Of a stretch of DNA of 64,000 nt, positions 40,698-50,715 are shown one piece after another. The position numbers and the translations under genes were made by a program. The notes under the pieces were generated by a model, which ran no database searches, was not told the origin of the DNA, and worked only from the letters and a program-made list of their open reading frames with translations. This DNA is from Candidatus Bathyarchaeum tardum (GTDB lineage: Archaea > Thermoproteota > Bathyarchaeia > Bathyarchaeales > Bathyarchaeaceae). Position 1 is the first letter of the stretch. Each line of letters opens with the position of its first letter. Location of the stretch: contig CP122380.1 of assembly GCA_024650005.2 (NCBI GenBank), forward strand, positions 1,824,001 to 1,888,000, given 5' to 3'.

Positions 40698-41765
40698 CTA
40701 AGGAATTACGCCGGTTATCTTTGCAAGTTTCTCTGCGGAATCGTAATCTAATTCTTTCGCATCCAAAATAGTGTAGCGTTCTGGACGAATGCTACAAGAT
40801 TGTACCAAAGCTTTAACAATAGAATCTGGTTTTACACCAAGCCCTTCAGCAGTGGTTGGGCAACCTGTCTTTTGGAGGGTGCCTTTAATGCCCTTCCAGT
40901 CGATGTCATAAAGATAAGCCATCATTATCGCGCCAACTCCACATTGTTGACCATGTAACCCCCCGTTAGCTTCAACCACATCCAGAGAGTGACTAAACAA
41001 GTGTTCAGAACCACTACATGGTTTGCTGCTTCCAGCAATGCTCATGGCAACTCCACAGCTAATCAGGGCTTCCAAAACAAGTCTAAGACCTTCTTCTGAG
41101 CCCGGTTTGATTAAATCCGCATTTTTTGTAACTAGACGTGCACTCATTAACGCCAAACTTGCTGCATACTCGCCATAATATTCGTTTTTTACTTTGTAAG
41201 CTAATTCCCAGTCTCGAACAGAAGTGAACTTGGATACAAGGTCTCCACATCCACTGGCAGTAAAGCGGTAATCTGAACGAATAATTACGTCAGTGTCAGC
41301 AACTATCGCCATAGGAGACTGTGCCATCACAGAATACGGTTTATCTAAACCTTTCACAGCAGCAACAGGGCTTGAAATACCATCATGTGAAGCATTTGTT
41401 GGCACACTTATGAACGGAAGCTCTTGACGAGTAGAACTTAGTTTTGCCACATCGATCTTTGTTCCGCCACCAACACCAAGAACAATTTCAGGTTTAATTT
41501 CTTTAATGCGTTCTTCAACAGAATTAACTTCTTGCAATGTTGAAGAGTTCACGACAATTAAATCAACATCCATTCCTTTGTCACTAAGCAAATCAATGAC
41601 TTTACGCCCTGCAACATTTTGAGTGTCTGGACCTGTGACTACAAGAGCCGATTCACTAAAGCCTAGTTTCTGGCAAATCTCGCTTAGTAAAAGCAAAGTT
41701 TCGTTTCCAACAACAACTTCACGAGGAAGTTGCATTCGATGTAACTGCATTGTCAACGTAACCAC
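40698..41765 (-). CDS. egsA: sn-glycerol-1-phosphate dehydrogenase
   Basis: GVGGGTKIDVAK, PTNASHDG, SGSEHLFSH, LHGQQCG. Confidence 0.95.
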   Translation of the reverse strand: MVTLTMQLHRMQLPREVVVGNETLLLLSEICQKLGFSESALVVTGPDTQNVAGRKVIDLLSDKGMDVDLIVVNSSTLQEVNSVEERIKEIKPEIVLGVGGGTKIDVAKLSSTRQELPFISVPTNASHDGISSPVAAVKGLDKPYSVMAQSPMAIVADTDVIIRSDYRFTASGCGDLVSKFTSVRDWELAYKVKNEYYGEYAASLALMSARLVTKNADLIKPGSEEGLRLVLEALISCGVAMSIAGSSKPCSGSEHLFSHSLDVVEANGGLHGQQCGVGAIMMAYLYDIDWKGIKGTLQKTGCPTTAEGLGVKPDSIVKALVQSCSIRPERYTILDAKELDYDSAEKLAKITGVIP

Positions 41766-41934
41766 GGTATGATAAAAGGCTACATATTAAGTTTCAGGGA
41801 TTCAACAAAAAAAGACCGGTCAATTAAAGATTGGGTTTCGAAATGTTTTTAAATACGCCAAAGGAGTATATACACCTCTGACTTCTCCCGAGTCATTTTA
41901 TCAAAATAAAAAACATATTTTCGGGGGCACTAAA

Positions 41935-42567
41935 ATGCAAGAAAACATTGAAAAATTAGCATTAAAAGGAACAACAACGGTCGGCGTAGTTTGCACCGAC
42001 GGCGTAATTCTATCATCAGACACTCGAGTAACCATGGGATATTTTGTAGCCCACAAACAAGGTAAAAAAATCTACCAAATCGATGACCATATTGGAATGA
42101 CTATATCTGGCGGAGTTGCAGATGCACAATACGTAGTTGAAGTGCTCAAAGTAAACGCCAAACTATACAAACTCAACAATAGCAGACCAATGCCAATAAA
42201 ATCAGCAGCTCGCTTAGTTTCAAATGTCCTGTTCTCTGCACGAGGAGGTCTAATGGCACAAATTCTAGTCGGAGGATATGATAATACAGGACCCCACGTT
42301 TTCTCGTTAGATCCTCTTGGCAGCCTCTTAGAAGAGAAATGTGTTGCCACTGGATCAGGTTCTCCCATTGCATATGGAGTTCTAGAAGATAAATTCAAAG
42401 AAGGACTACCAATTACGGAAGTATTACCAGTAGTTGTCCGTGCTGTTGATTCAGCCATGAAAAGAGACATAGCAAGTGGAAACAACTACGACATAGCCGT
42501 TATAACAAAAGATGGATACCGCTCACTCAGCAATGAGGAAAAAAAGGCGATTTTAGAAGGCTCCTAA
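41935..42567 (+). CDS. psmB: proteasome beta subunit
   Basis: Propeptide then KG/TTTVG, TGSGS, RDIASG. Confidence 0.96.
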   Translation: MQENIEKLALKGTTTVGVVCTDGVILSSDTRVTMGYFVAHKQGKKIYQIDDHIGMTISGGVADAQYVVEVLKVNAKLYKLNNSRPMPIKSAARLVSNVLFSARGGLMAQILVGGYDNTGPHVFSLDPLGSLLEEKCVATGSGSPIAYGVLEDKFKEGLPITEVLPVVVRAVDSAMKRDIASGNNYDIAVITKDGYRSLSNEEKKAILEGS

Positions 42568-42583
42568 GGAGCGTAAAAACAGT

Positions 42584-44500
42584 TTGACATCAAACGGAAA
42601 AGACCAAGTCGATATAAGTCAGCACATTTTGGAAAAAATACCTCCAGAAGCTGAAGTAACACGCATCGAGTATGAAGGACCTGCTCTGGCGGTTTACACC
42701 AAAAAACCTGAAGTTTTAGTTGAACAAAGTTTTGTTATTGCAGAAATTGTCAAGCTGATCCGAAAAAGAATTGTTGTCCGTTCTGATCCATCGATCCGAG
42801 CGAAAGAACGAGACACAGAACGTCTGATAAAAGAGATTGTTTCTGAAGAAGCTGAAATTACTAACATAAATTTTGATCCAAGCCTTGGAGAGGTAATCAT
42901 AGAGGCTAAAAAGCCTGGAGTAGTTATTGGAAAAAATGGGACTGTTCTTCAGGACATTATTAAACAGACTCGCTGGAGACCTCGAATTTTACGAAGTCCA
43001 CCTATACCATCAAAGATTATTGCTCACATGAGACACTTTTTGTACTCAGAAAGTAAAGAAAGAGAACGTATTCTAAGATCAATCGGTGAACGAATTTTTA
43101 GACCATCACTGCACGATGTCGGAGACGTTCGACTTACTGCACTTGGAGGCTTCCGACAAGTAGGAAGATCAGCCATTCTTGTTCAAACAAGAGAAAGCAG
43201 TGTTTTGCTGGATTGTGGAATCAACCCAGGAGCTACAGATCCGACAGTAGCATTTCCAAGATTAGACACTCCACAGTTTGATTTAGACGATCTAGATGCT
43301 GTAGTAATCAGTCATGCTCACTTAGACCACTGTGGGTTTTTACCATTTTTGTTCAAATACGGATATGATGGTCCAGTATACTGTTCTGCCCCTACGTCTA
43401 GTCTTATGACTTTGCTGCAACTTGACTATCTCGATGTTGCAAATAAACAAGGGGTAATGCCACCTTACGGGCAAAAAGATGTCCGAGACACTGTTATGCA
43501 TACCATTCCATTAAGGTATGGCTCTGTAACTGATATCGCCCCAGACATGCGTTTAACTTTGCATAATTCTGGACACATTCTGGGTTCATCGTTGGTTCAT
43601 CTTCACATAGGAGAGGGACTGCACAATCTGGTATACACGGGAGACTACAAGTTTGGTAAGTCCATGTTACTTGAACCTGCAGTTGCAATGTTCCCACGAG
43701 TAGAGACAATAATCACAGAAAGCACATACGGTGCTCCAGAAGACATTATGCCTACAAGAGCAGAGTCCGAAGAAAGAATTACCTCAATAATTAACCAGAC
43801 CCTAGATAGGCAAGGAAAAGTTTTGATTCCTGTTCCCGCCGTTGGAAGAGCCCAAGAAATCATGTTAATCATAGACGATTATATGCGACGAGGAATATTG
43901 AAAGAAGCCCCTGTATTTGTAGAGGGAATGATTTCAGAAGCAACAGCAATACACACTGCATATCCAGAATATCTCGCCAAAAACGTTAGAAATAGTATTT
44001 TGTATGAAGGAATTAACCCATTCCAGTCAGACTATTTCACAATTGTTGAACACCCCAGCGCAAGAGAAGAAATTGTAGACGGAGAACAATGTATAATTTT
44101 AGCTACATCAGGCATGCTTGAAGGTGGACCAGTAATCGATTACTTTAAACGGTTAGCCGGTGACAAACGAAACACCATAATTTTTGTCAGTTACCAAATT
44201 GACGGAACCATGGGATCAAGACTCCAAAAAGGTATGACAGAAGCTCCAATAATCAACAGCAACGGCAAAATGGAAGTAACGAACGTTGAAATGCAAGTTG
44301 AATCCGTAAGAGGATTTTCTGGTCACTCAGACCGAAGACAACTTATGAATTACCTTCATCGGATGAAACCAAAACCTGAAAGAATAATCGTGCTTCACGG
44401 TGAAAAATCTAAAAGTTTGAGTATGGCACATTTGTTCAACCGCAAATACAACATAGAGGCTTTGGTTCCAGAAGTTTTGGAAACAATTAAGCTGCGGTAG
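42584..44500 (+). CDS. fttA: beta-CASP ribonuclease aCPSF1 (transcription termination factor FttA)
   Basis: KH domains, SHAHLDH, GHILG, ESTYG, FSGHSD, HGE; conserved linkage to psmB. Confidence 0.95.
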   Translation: MTSNGKDQVDISQHILEKIPPEAEVTRIEYEGPALAVYTKKPEVLVEQSFVIAEIVKLIRKRIVVRSDPSIRAKERDTERLIKEIVSEEAEITNINFDPSLGEVIIEAKKPGVVIGKNGTVLQDIIKQTRWRPRILRSPPIPSKIIAHMRHFLYSESKERERILRSIGERIFRPSLHDVGDVRLTALGGFRQVGRSAILVQTRESSVLLDCGINPGATDPTVAFPRLDTPQFDLDDLDAVVISHAHLDHCGFLPFLFKYGYDGPVYCSAPTSSLMTLLQLDYLDVANKQGVMPPYGQKDVRDTVMHTIPLRYGSVTDIAPDMRLTLHNSGHILGSSLVHLHIGEGLHNLVYTGDYKFGKSMLLEPAVAMFPRVETIITESTYGAPEDIMPTRAESEERITSIINQTLDRQGKVLIPVPAVGRAQEIMLIIDDYMRRGILKEAPVFVEGMISEATAIHTAYPEYLAKNVRNSILYEGINPFQSDYFTIVEHPSAREEIVDGEQCIILATSGMLEGGPVIDYFKRLAGDKRNTIIFVSYQIDGTMGSRLQKGMTEAPIINSNGKMEVTNVEMQVESVRGFSGHSDRRQLMNYLHRMKPKPERIIVLHGEKSKSLSMAHLFNRKYNIEALVPEVLETIKLR

Positions 44501-44807
44501 GCGCTTTTTCAGAGACAACAGTCTCTGGGCGCCATATTCTTACTTCTTTTGGAACAATAACAACCCGTTCTTCCCCAAGGCTGGCAATGTCACCTTCAAT
44601 GGATTTGATAAAAACAGAAAGCTCATTTACTGCAACTTTTACGTCGTCAATGCTTTTTCTTGCTAGAGGCGTGATTTTTAAAATTATGATGTTTCCCATT
44701 TTGAGTTCATGTTTGATAACTTCCACATCGGAGAGGTCTCGCAGGGGCATTGCTTTAAGGTAAGATTTTTTTTGATTTTTACCAATCTCTCGTTCTGTTG
44801 TGGACAA
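44487..44807 (-). CDS. sepF: archaeal cell division protein SepF
   Basis: GNIIILKITPL, GDIASLGEERVVIVP. Confidence 0.85.
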   Translation of the reverse strand: MSTTEREIGKNQKKSYLKAMPLRDLSDVEVIKHELKMGNIIILKITPLARKSIDDVKVAVNELSVFIKSIEGDIASLGEERVVIVPKEVRIWRPETVVSEKAPTAA

Positions 44808-44976
44808 ACGACGTCACTCCAGTTATTTAGTTATAGTAGTTTCATTTTAAACATTTCCGCTTCACGCAGGGTATAATCTTCAAAAATCCATGGTTCTAAT
44901 TAACATTCTATGATTCTTAGAAAGCAGATATGATGATTAAACCCATTTTTGGAAAAAATCAAGAAAAAACGTGGTT

Positions 44977-45474
44977 TCAGGAACCTTTCAAACCGTTCCA
45001 TAATTTGTCTCCGACATAGTGAAGAGTTTTAATAGTTTTACCCCGATCGATCTTTTTCATTTCTTCAGAGCTAAAGAGGGCTAAACCAACTGCCAAGGGT
45101 TTCCTGTGGCGTTCATCAACGACTAAAACAAGACCGTTTTCATTGAATTCACCGTGGATTTCTTGAATACCAGGAGCCATTACATCTGCTCCTTTACAAA
45201 CATAAGGAACAGCCCCCATATCTACGACTACTTTTGGAAATAATGAAAAAATTTCATCAAAAAACAGAGTGAAAAAAAGTATATTATCTGATTTTGCTAA
45301 CAGGGGTTTCCCGTTAAAAAGAAACAGTGTGGAAGCTTCAATTTGACATGATTCAATATGAATTTTGTTTTCAAAAAACTGATTAATACTAATCCCAATT
45401 TTTTCAGAAAATTCTTGAGTAATTTTTTTTGCATCTTTTGATCTCATAGCACAGCGATGAAATTTCTTTTGCAC
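44977..45474 (-). CDS. PUA-domain RNA-binding protein (Tma20/MCT-1-like)
   Basis: VVVDMGAVPYVCKGADVMAPGI, LHYVGDKLW. Confidence 0.9.
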   Translation of the reverse strand: MQKKFHRCAMRSKDAKKITQEFSEKIGISINQFFENKIHIESCQIEASTLFLFNGKPLLAKSDNILFFTLFFDEIFSLFPKVVVDMGAVPYVCKGADVMAPGIQEIHGEFNENGLVLVVDERHRKPLAVGLALFSSEEMKKIDRGKTIKTLHYVGDKLWNGLKGS

Positions 45475-45585
45475 ATAACTCACCAATTGTAATAAATTAT
45501 CATACAAACAGGAGCATAACTCTTGTGTCCTTAGTTTTTGTCGTTAAGACTACAAGTTTAAAAACTCAACAATTCAAAAAGGTTT

Positions 45586-45978
45586 TCAATCTTTGCTTTT
45601 TGTTGACAGACAAACATTACAACTTTTTGGAGTGTTAGTTATTTCTTTGTGCCAATCATTTACCAAGTCTTCTGACCGTAGTGCTTCACATAATTTGCAA
45701 AAATGTAACATCGCATCAATCGGAGAAATTTTATCTTCTGCTATTCCTTGGGCAATTTCGTCGACTATCATTTGAACATTTGGTGAGTCTTCAAGTTGTT
45801 TTACCAGCTTTTTTCCTCGTTTTGAGTACAGATAGTTACTCACAGAAGCTTGGGTTGTTCCAAGTTTTTTTGCTGCATTCACCTGAGAAAACTTGAAGTC
45901 TTCTATCAGGCGCCTAGCTACGAGTGAACGAAAAGCAGGTAAAACCGAACGCACAACAACTTCACAAGGGGGTCGCAA
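45586..45978 (-). CDS. XRE/ThiR-like HTH regulator, paralog of 36926-37363
   Basis: PPCEVVVRSVLPAFR, QVNAAKKLGTTQASVSNY..KRG, CKLC, CNVC. Confidence 0.85.
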   Translation of the reverse strand: MRPPCEVVVRSVLPAFRSLVARRLIEDFKFSQVNAAKKLGTTQASVSNYLYSKRGKKLVKQLEDSPNVQMIVDEIAQGIAEDKISPIDAMLHFCKLCEALRSEDLVNDWHKEITNTPKSCNVCLSTKSKD

Positions 45979-46032
45979 TTGAATTCACAAATCTATAACG
46001 GTGTTATTACATATAAAGGAACCGTGAAAACA

Positions 46033-46554
46033 TCAAATTACAGTACGCCCTCGGAAACGCTGTTGAAACGGTTGAACACGGGTTTTTGAAGTTGAATAAT
46101 ATTGGTTTTGGCGCAAACCTAATGCAACATCAATGAATTCTGGCAAAATTTTGAATTTAAAATCAGTAGTTGGTGCTCCCTTATTTATTCCGGTGCATTC
46201 AGGGTCCACATACACATAGAGGTTACGTCCACGATACAAAAACAATGCTTCACCTGCCTGACCAAACTTCGGTTCATCAAAAACTTTGAAAGGCCAAATC
46301 TTGCAAGCAAGGGGTTTTGCGTGTTGTAACCCACAAGAAGGAGTGTTTTTGAACTGATTAAGAAAACAACACGTACCGTTGCTCCTTTTTCCCAAAAGTA
46401 ACTTACTTGGAGTAGGTATTGTTGTCCCTGCACCGTAGTGTTTTACAATAGAAATCCATTCGTTAAAATTTAGAACAACATGATAATCTTTACAGCACAT
46501 GCCACACCCGACACAGCTCCAAGACTTTACAGTTCGCCAAGTTACAGGATTCAT
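46033..46554 (-). CDS. YkgJ family zinc/iron-cluster protein
   Basis: CVGCGMCC, CCFL, C..KPLACKIWPF. Confidence 0.85.
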   Translation of the reverse strand: MNPVTWRTVKSWSCVGCGMCCKDYHVVLNFNEWISIVKHYGAGTTIPTPSKLLLGKRSNGTCCFLNQFKNTPSCGLQHAKPLACKIWPFKVFDEPKFGQAGEALFLYRGRNLYVYVDPECTGINKGAPTTDFKFKILPEFIDVALGLRQNQYYSTSKTRVQPFQQRFRGRTVI

Positions 46555-46667
46555 TTTCCGAAAATACACACTCATTGATTGAATAACTGGGCAAATAATC
46601 AATAAACCCTGAATTTAAACATCTTCTTTTGTAACCCAGCCAAAAAATACCCAAACAAATTGAAAAG

Positions 46668-47141
46668 TTACACATGATAAACATAAAGAGTGTGTGAAGG
46701 ATAACCAAGCTTAGGGTTTTCACAGAAATTTTCAATTTTTTTGGGTTTCCAGCCTAGAATCTCATAGTCGTGAGAAACTATCCGTGTTCCAGATTTGAGT
46801 TCTTGTTCTAGTTTTGGCTTGAGCCTTTCGTTGGCACTAGTTGTCAGATACAAGAAAACAACATCAGCATCAGACAAATCAACATCAAAGATGTCACTTT
46901 GAACGATTTTGGTTTTACCATCCAAACCAAGCTCATGAATGCTCATTAAGGCTTTTTTTGCTAAATCATCCCGCAATTCGATTCCAACTGAACTTGCACC
47001 GAAGTCTTTGGCAGCCATTATTACTGCACGACCATCTCCAGAACCTAGATCATATAAAACTTCGCCAGATTTTAGTTCAGATAAAAATAACATTTGACGC
47101 ACTACTGCAGCAGGCGAGGCAACAAAAGGTGCAAGAAACAA
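46668..47141 (-). CDS. class I SAM-dependent (protein-lysine-type) methyltransferase
   Basis: APFVASP, YDLGSGDGR, VFLYL, RIVSHDY. Confidence 0.88.
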   Translation of the reverse strand: MFLAPFVASPAAVVRQMLFLSELKSGEVLYDLGSGDGRAVIMAAKDFGASSVGIELRDDLAKKALMSIHELGLDGKTKIVQSDIFDVDLSDADVVFLYLTTSANERLKPKLEQELKSGTRIVSHDYEILGWKPKKIENFCENPKLGYPSHTLYVYHV

Positions 47142-47633
47142 GATTTACCCTCTCGATTCTGGTTATAAATAAGCAGTTACTTTTATTGTTTTCGTGATCT
47201 ACAGTTAAAGGATAAATCACGTTACAAAATGCAACTACCGACTAAATTAAATTGTAGAATTGAATAATTTGTTGTTCAAGGAGTTCACTTGTTGCTAAGA
47301 AATGCAAGTGAAGGATACAAAATCGTTTTCGAGGCAAAAAAGTTGATCAAAAAATGTAAAGAAGAATACAATTATGACATAGCAACAAGTAGAAAAGACC
47401 AAAGAAACGGAAAAACAACAGTTGGATCCGCACCAATTAGGTTCATTTACAAGCATTTACGCCCAACAAGTAAAAGTCAGTAAAAAAGCATAAATGAAAC
47501 ATAGCAACTGTTTCAGATTTAAAAAATTTTTATGTAACAAGTTATCACGTTCATCAGGAGTAAAGATGAAAGACAAATCTTTTATTCAACATGCACAGAA
47601 AAAGTATGTGTTATTTAATGGAGGAATTGATGA

Positions 47634-47804
47634 ATGCCTAAATGTAAAAATTGTGGAGCTGAAGTCGCATCTCCTCGGAAAACATGGAAGATGGCTGGTC
47701 GCCCAGACAATGAAGGAAAAAAAACTGAACTAACTATCGGACTTTTCGACTGTACTAAATGCGGGAAATCCTTCAGGTTTGTCTTAAACAAACAAAAAAT
47801 CTGA
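47634..47804 (+). CDS. Cren7-like chromatin protein with CxxC...CxxC zinc ribbon (56 aa), not in ORF track
   Basis: MPKCKNCGAEVASPRKTWKMAGRPDNEGKKTELTIGLFDCTKCGKSFRFVLNKQKI; P.K.W, IGLF and GK.FR motifs of Cren7; GGAGG at 47620-47624. Confidence 0.8.
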   Translation: MPKCKNCGAEVASPRKTWKMAGRPDNEGKKTELTIGLFDCTKCGKSFRFVLNKQKI

Positions 47805-47977
47805 TAAGGAATCTCGCCAAAGCCGAGACAACAATTAGCGCGCAACATATCAGTAAATTAAGGTTGAAAAAAGGGAAAAATGGCTAACCCGGTAGTCCAT
47901 ATTATCCTCTTTTTTTGTTGTTTTATGCGTTATCTTTTTATGGTCTGCCACAAAGAGAAAGTTAAAAAATTCTGAAT

Positions 47978-48586
47978 TTGCTGGAGCCAAAACGCACAAT
48001 GCAGTTACCGGAGATATTGAAACGCGATTACGTGCAAACGATCCTAATGATAGGGATTGTTATAGGTGCAGTCTTAATTTTCTGGTTTGGAATTGGTTTT
48101 GCCTTCAAAACGGATCATCCAATTTTGGCTGTTGCTTCAGGAAGCATGGAACCAGTATTGTACAAAGGCGACCTAATACTAATTGAGGGAATAGAAGATA
48201 TTTCAGAAATTCAAGTTGGTACAAAAGATTCTGAAACCCCTGGAGACATAATCGTTTTTGATGAACCAGGCAGTTCAACCGAGTTAATTATTCACAGGGC
48301 AGTAACTAAGATAGACAACGGGGATGGAACATATAGTTTCAAAACGTGGGGAGATAATAACTCATTTCAAGATTGGTGGGAAGTTGACGAAAGCGCAATT
48401 GTTGGTAGATACATAGGATTCAAGATTCCGTGGGTTGGGGAGTTTGTTCTTTTTATTCAACCTTTTGAGGTAAAATTGGCATTTTTTGTGTTGTTAGCTG
48501 GAATTTTGTTGCTTGTTGAGTTGGGACCAACAATTAAGAGGAAAATTACCAGTCAAGAAGACTCTCAAGAAAGCCTTTATAAATAA
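47978..48586 (+). CDS. signal peptidase I (Sec11 type)
   Basis: VASGSMEP, GDIIVF, IIHRAV, TWGDNN. Confidence 0.92.
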   Translation: MLEPKRTMQLPEILKRDYVQTILMIGIVIGAVLIFWFGIGFAFKTDHPILAVASGSMEPVLYKGDLILIEGIEDISEIQVGTKDSETPGDIIVFDEPGSSTELIIHRAVTKIDNGDGTYSFKTWGDNNSFQDWWEVDESAIVGRYIGFKIPWVGEFVLFIQPFEVKLAFFVLLAGILLLVELGPTIKRKITSQEDSQESLYK

Positions 48587-48627
48587 CTGGAACAACTTCT
48601 TGATGTTTTATAAGGGAGGGAAAAAAG

Positions 48628-49188
48628 GTACCCGAAGTTATTGCATCGATTACAATAGAGAATGTTGTTGCATCTGCATCATTGAATCAGAAGCTTGACT
48701 TGAACGCAATAGTAAAAGGGTACCCCGGAGTCGAGTACCGACCAGAACAATTTCCTGGACTGGTTTTTCGATTAAAAAGACCAAAAACTGCAACTTTAAT
48801 TTTTAATTCTGGAAAAATGGTCTGCACTGGCGCAAAATCAGAAAAAGAATCCAGACGAGCAGTCCTGAAAGTCGTAAGGGAACTAAAGAAAAGCGGCATA
48901 ATCATTGTTGGAAAACCCGAATTAAACATACAAAACATTGTAGCCTCAGGAAACTTGGCAGGATTAATAGACCTTGAACGCTCTGCATACACTCTGGGCA
49001 GAACAATGTATGAACCCGAACAGTTCCCAGGACTAATCTACAGAATGGATGACCCCAAAGTCGTAATTCTTCTTTTCGCAAGCGGAAAACTTGTATGCAC
49101 AGGAGCCAAAAAAGAAGAAAACGTATACGAAGCAGTAACTAAACTTCACGAAAACCTGGAACTTGAAGACCTAATCTACTACGAATAA
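48628..49188 (+). CDS. tbp: TATA-box binding protein (start probably non-canonical, upstream of the ORF-track TTG)
   Basis: IENVVAS / IQNIVAS repeats, two YxPEQFPGL motifs, two SGKxVCTGAK motifs. Confidence 0.95.
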   Translation, partial: VPEVIASITIENVVASASLNQKLDLNAIVKGYPGVEYRPEQFPGLVFRLKRPKTATLIFNSGKMVCTGAKSEKESRRAVLKVVRELKKSGIIIVGKPELNIQNIVASGNLAGLIDLERSAYTLGRTMYEPEQFPGLIYRMDDPKVVILLFASGKLVCTGAKKEENVYEAVTKLHENLELEDLIYYE

Positions 49189-49207
49189 TTTGTTTTGAAA
49201 CCGAAGT

Positions 49208-49498
49208 TTATTCACTAAACTTAGGGAACCTTACTTTCCCAACATATTTTAGAATCCAGTTAACTAGGCGATCGTAAGTTTCTACACCTAATTTTGTAAG
49301 AAAGACTTCACCATCCGAGTCAACTTCAACAAATCCTTTATTTGTCATCCATTTCAGATATTTCACAAACCGGTCATATGATAAACCAGTATGTGTAGCA
49401 AGAGTGGTTCTGTTTAGTTTTTTTTGTTCTTTCAGAACCTTGATTATTCTAGCTAACACGTAAAGGTCAGGCTTCGAAATCGGCTTCCCTGAATTCAC
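49208..49498 (-). CDS. winged-helix DNA-binding protein
   Basis: DLYVLARII, RTTLATHTGLSYDRFVKYLKWM, LTKLG; GTG start after GGAGG. Confidence 0.8.
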   Translation of the reverse strand: MNSGKPISKPDLYVLARIIKVLKEQKKLNRTTLATHTGLSYDRFVKYLKWMTNKGFVEVDSDGEVFLTKLGVETYDRLVNWILKYVGKVRFPKFSE

Positions 49499-50123
49499 TT
49501 TCAAACCACCGAAGCTCCCACAGAAGCCAATCGAGTCTACCCATCTGTTCATAACGGGTACGAAGGTCGTTTTTGTTCATTATTAAAACAACAACTAAGG
49601 AAAAAATCATTAGGAGATTGTAGTCAAGGCTTAAATGGAGAGCAGATTCAACAAACCCATTAAATATGAACATAGAGAAAACTACTACCCCCCAAAAAGC
49701 CACCGTTTTAGCAACGCCATATAGAAAGAATCCAAGCTTTGCGTATCGTATGTCACTAAAGGTCTTAGTCCACTCAATATTTTGTAATAGTTTTAGTGCT
49801 CCAGGCGCCCCTTCGTTCAGCGTATTTCTCCAATAACCACCTTTAATTGATTTCATTTTTCGATTAACCCAAAGGGTTGCAATAATGATTCCAGCAGGAA
49901 ATATGAAAATAGTCAAAGTGGAGGCAATTACATTAAGTACCTCAACGCTACCGACAAAAACTGAAAACAAGTGCACGAAAGAATTAATAGATAAAGCGAT
50001 AATAATTGCCCCCATAAGTATCAAGACAAAATCTGCAATTGATGAAACAATTGTACGATATTTTTTTATTTGATCCAATGCAATCATGAATTCGGTCATT
50101 TTAGAAGAAAGGTTTGGCTCCAT
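49467..50123 (-). CDS. four-TM hypothetical membrane protein
   Basis: Hydrophobic helices, C-terminal WELRWF; TAATG overlap with the upstream gene. Confidence 0.75.
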   Translation of the reverse strand: MEPNLSSKMTEFMIALDQIKKYRTIVSSIADFVLILMGAIIIALSINSFVHLFSVFVGSVEVLNVIASTLTIFIFPAGIIIATLWVNRKMKSIKGGYWRNTLNEGAPGALKLLQNIEWTKTFSDIRYAKLGFFLYGVAKTVAFWGVVVFSMFIFNGFVESALHLSLDYNLLMIFSLVVVLIMNKNDLRTRYEQMGRLDWLLWELRWFESEFREADFEA

Positions 50124-50644
50124 TATATTGCCCACCCGTGTCCGTTGATGTGTATGTTTGCTTCTCCTTGGATTTTAAACCAGTAAATATCGACATAGTC
50201 AGAATACCTTGTTAATTTGTCATCGGTCAACCATAAAAGGAAGTCACTAGGAAGTGAAATTACATCAATATCAATTGGACTTTTGTGAGAAAGCCTCAAA
50301 GTTAAATAACCATCTGAATTGTCAGACAGGCCTAACATGGTTCCAGTTGAATAACTGCCAAACAAATCACCGCTTCGAGGAAGAAATACGTCCAGGGTGT
50401 AATCATCATTTATTTCTATTTGAGTGCCGTTTGGAAAAATTAAAAACACAGAAGGTTCAGCAAGTCCGTGTTTGAGAGAAATATGGATTGTAGTTCGCAA
50501 GGTAGCATAATTAAGTTTGGAGATAATAACAGCCGATGTGTCAGAAACGTATGAGTGTTCTGAAACGGAATGAAATGAAGAAATGAAAGCCACTTGAGCA
50601 ACTATTATTACAGTAAGAGTAAATATTATCCAGATTTTTTTCAT
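50123..50644 (-). CDS. hypothetical secreted or membrane-anchored protein
   Basis: N-terminal MKK + hydrophobic segment. Confidence 0.7.
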   Translation of the reverse strand: MKKIWIIFTLTVIIVAQVAFISSFHSVSEHSYVSDTSAVIISKLNYATLRTTIHISLKHGLAEPSVFLIFPNGTQIEINDDYTLDVFLPRSGDLFGSYSTGTMLGLSDNSDGYLTLRLSHKSPIDIDVISLPSDFLLWLTDDKLTRYSDYVDIYWFKIQGEANIHINGHGWAI

Positions 50645-50715
50645 ATGAAATAATATTAGGATTGAAAATATAAGAGAAACTCATCGAGAATGAGTCGTGT
50701 TGAATATAAAAAAGT

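Noticed and set aside
47494-47848. ORF-track calls 47494-47733 and 47615-47848
   Set aside because: They overlap the better-supported Cren7-like frame
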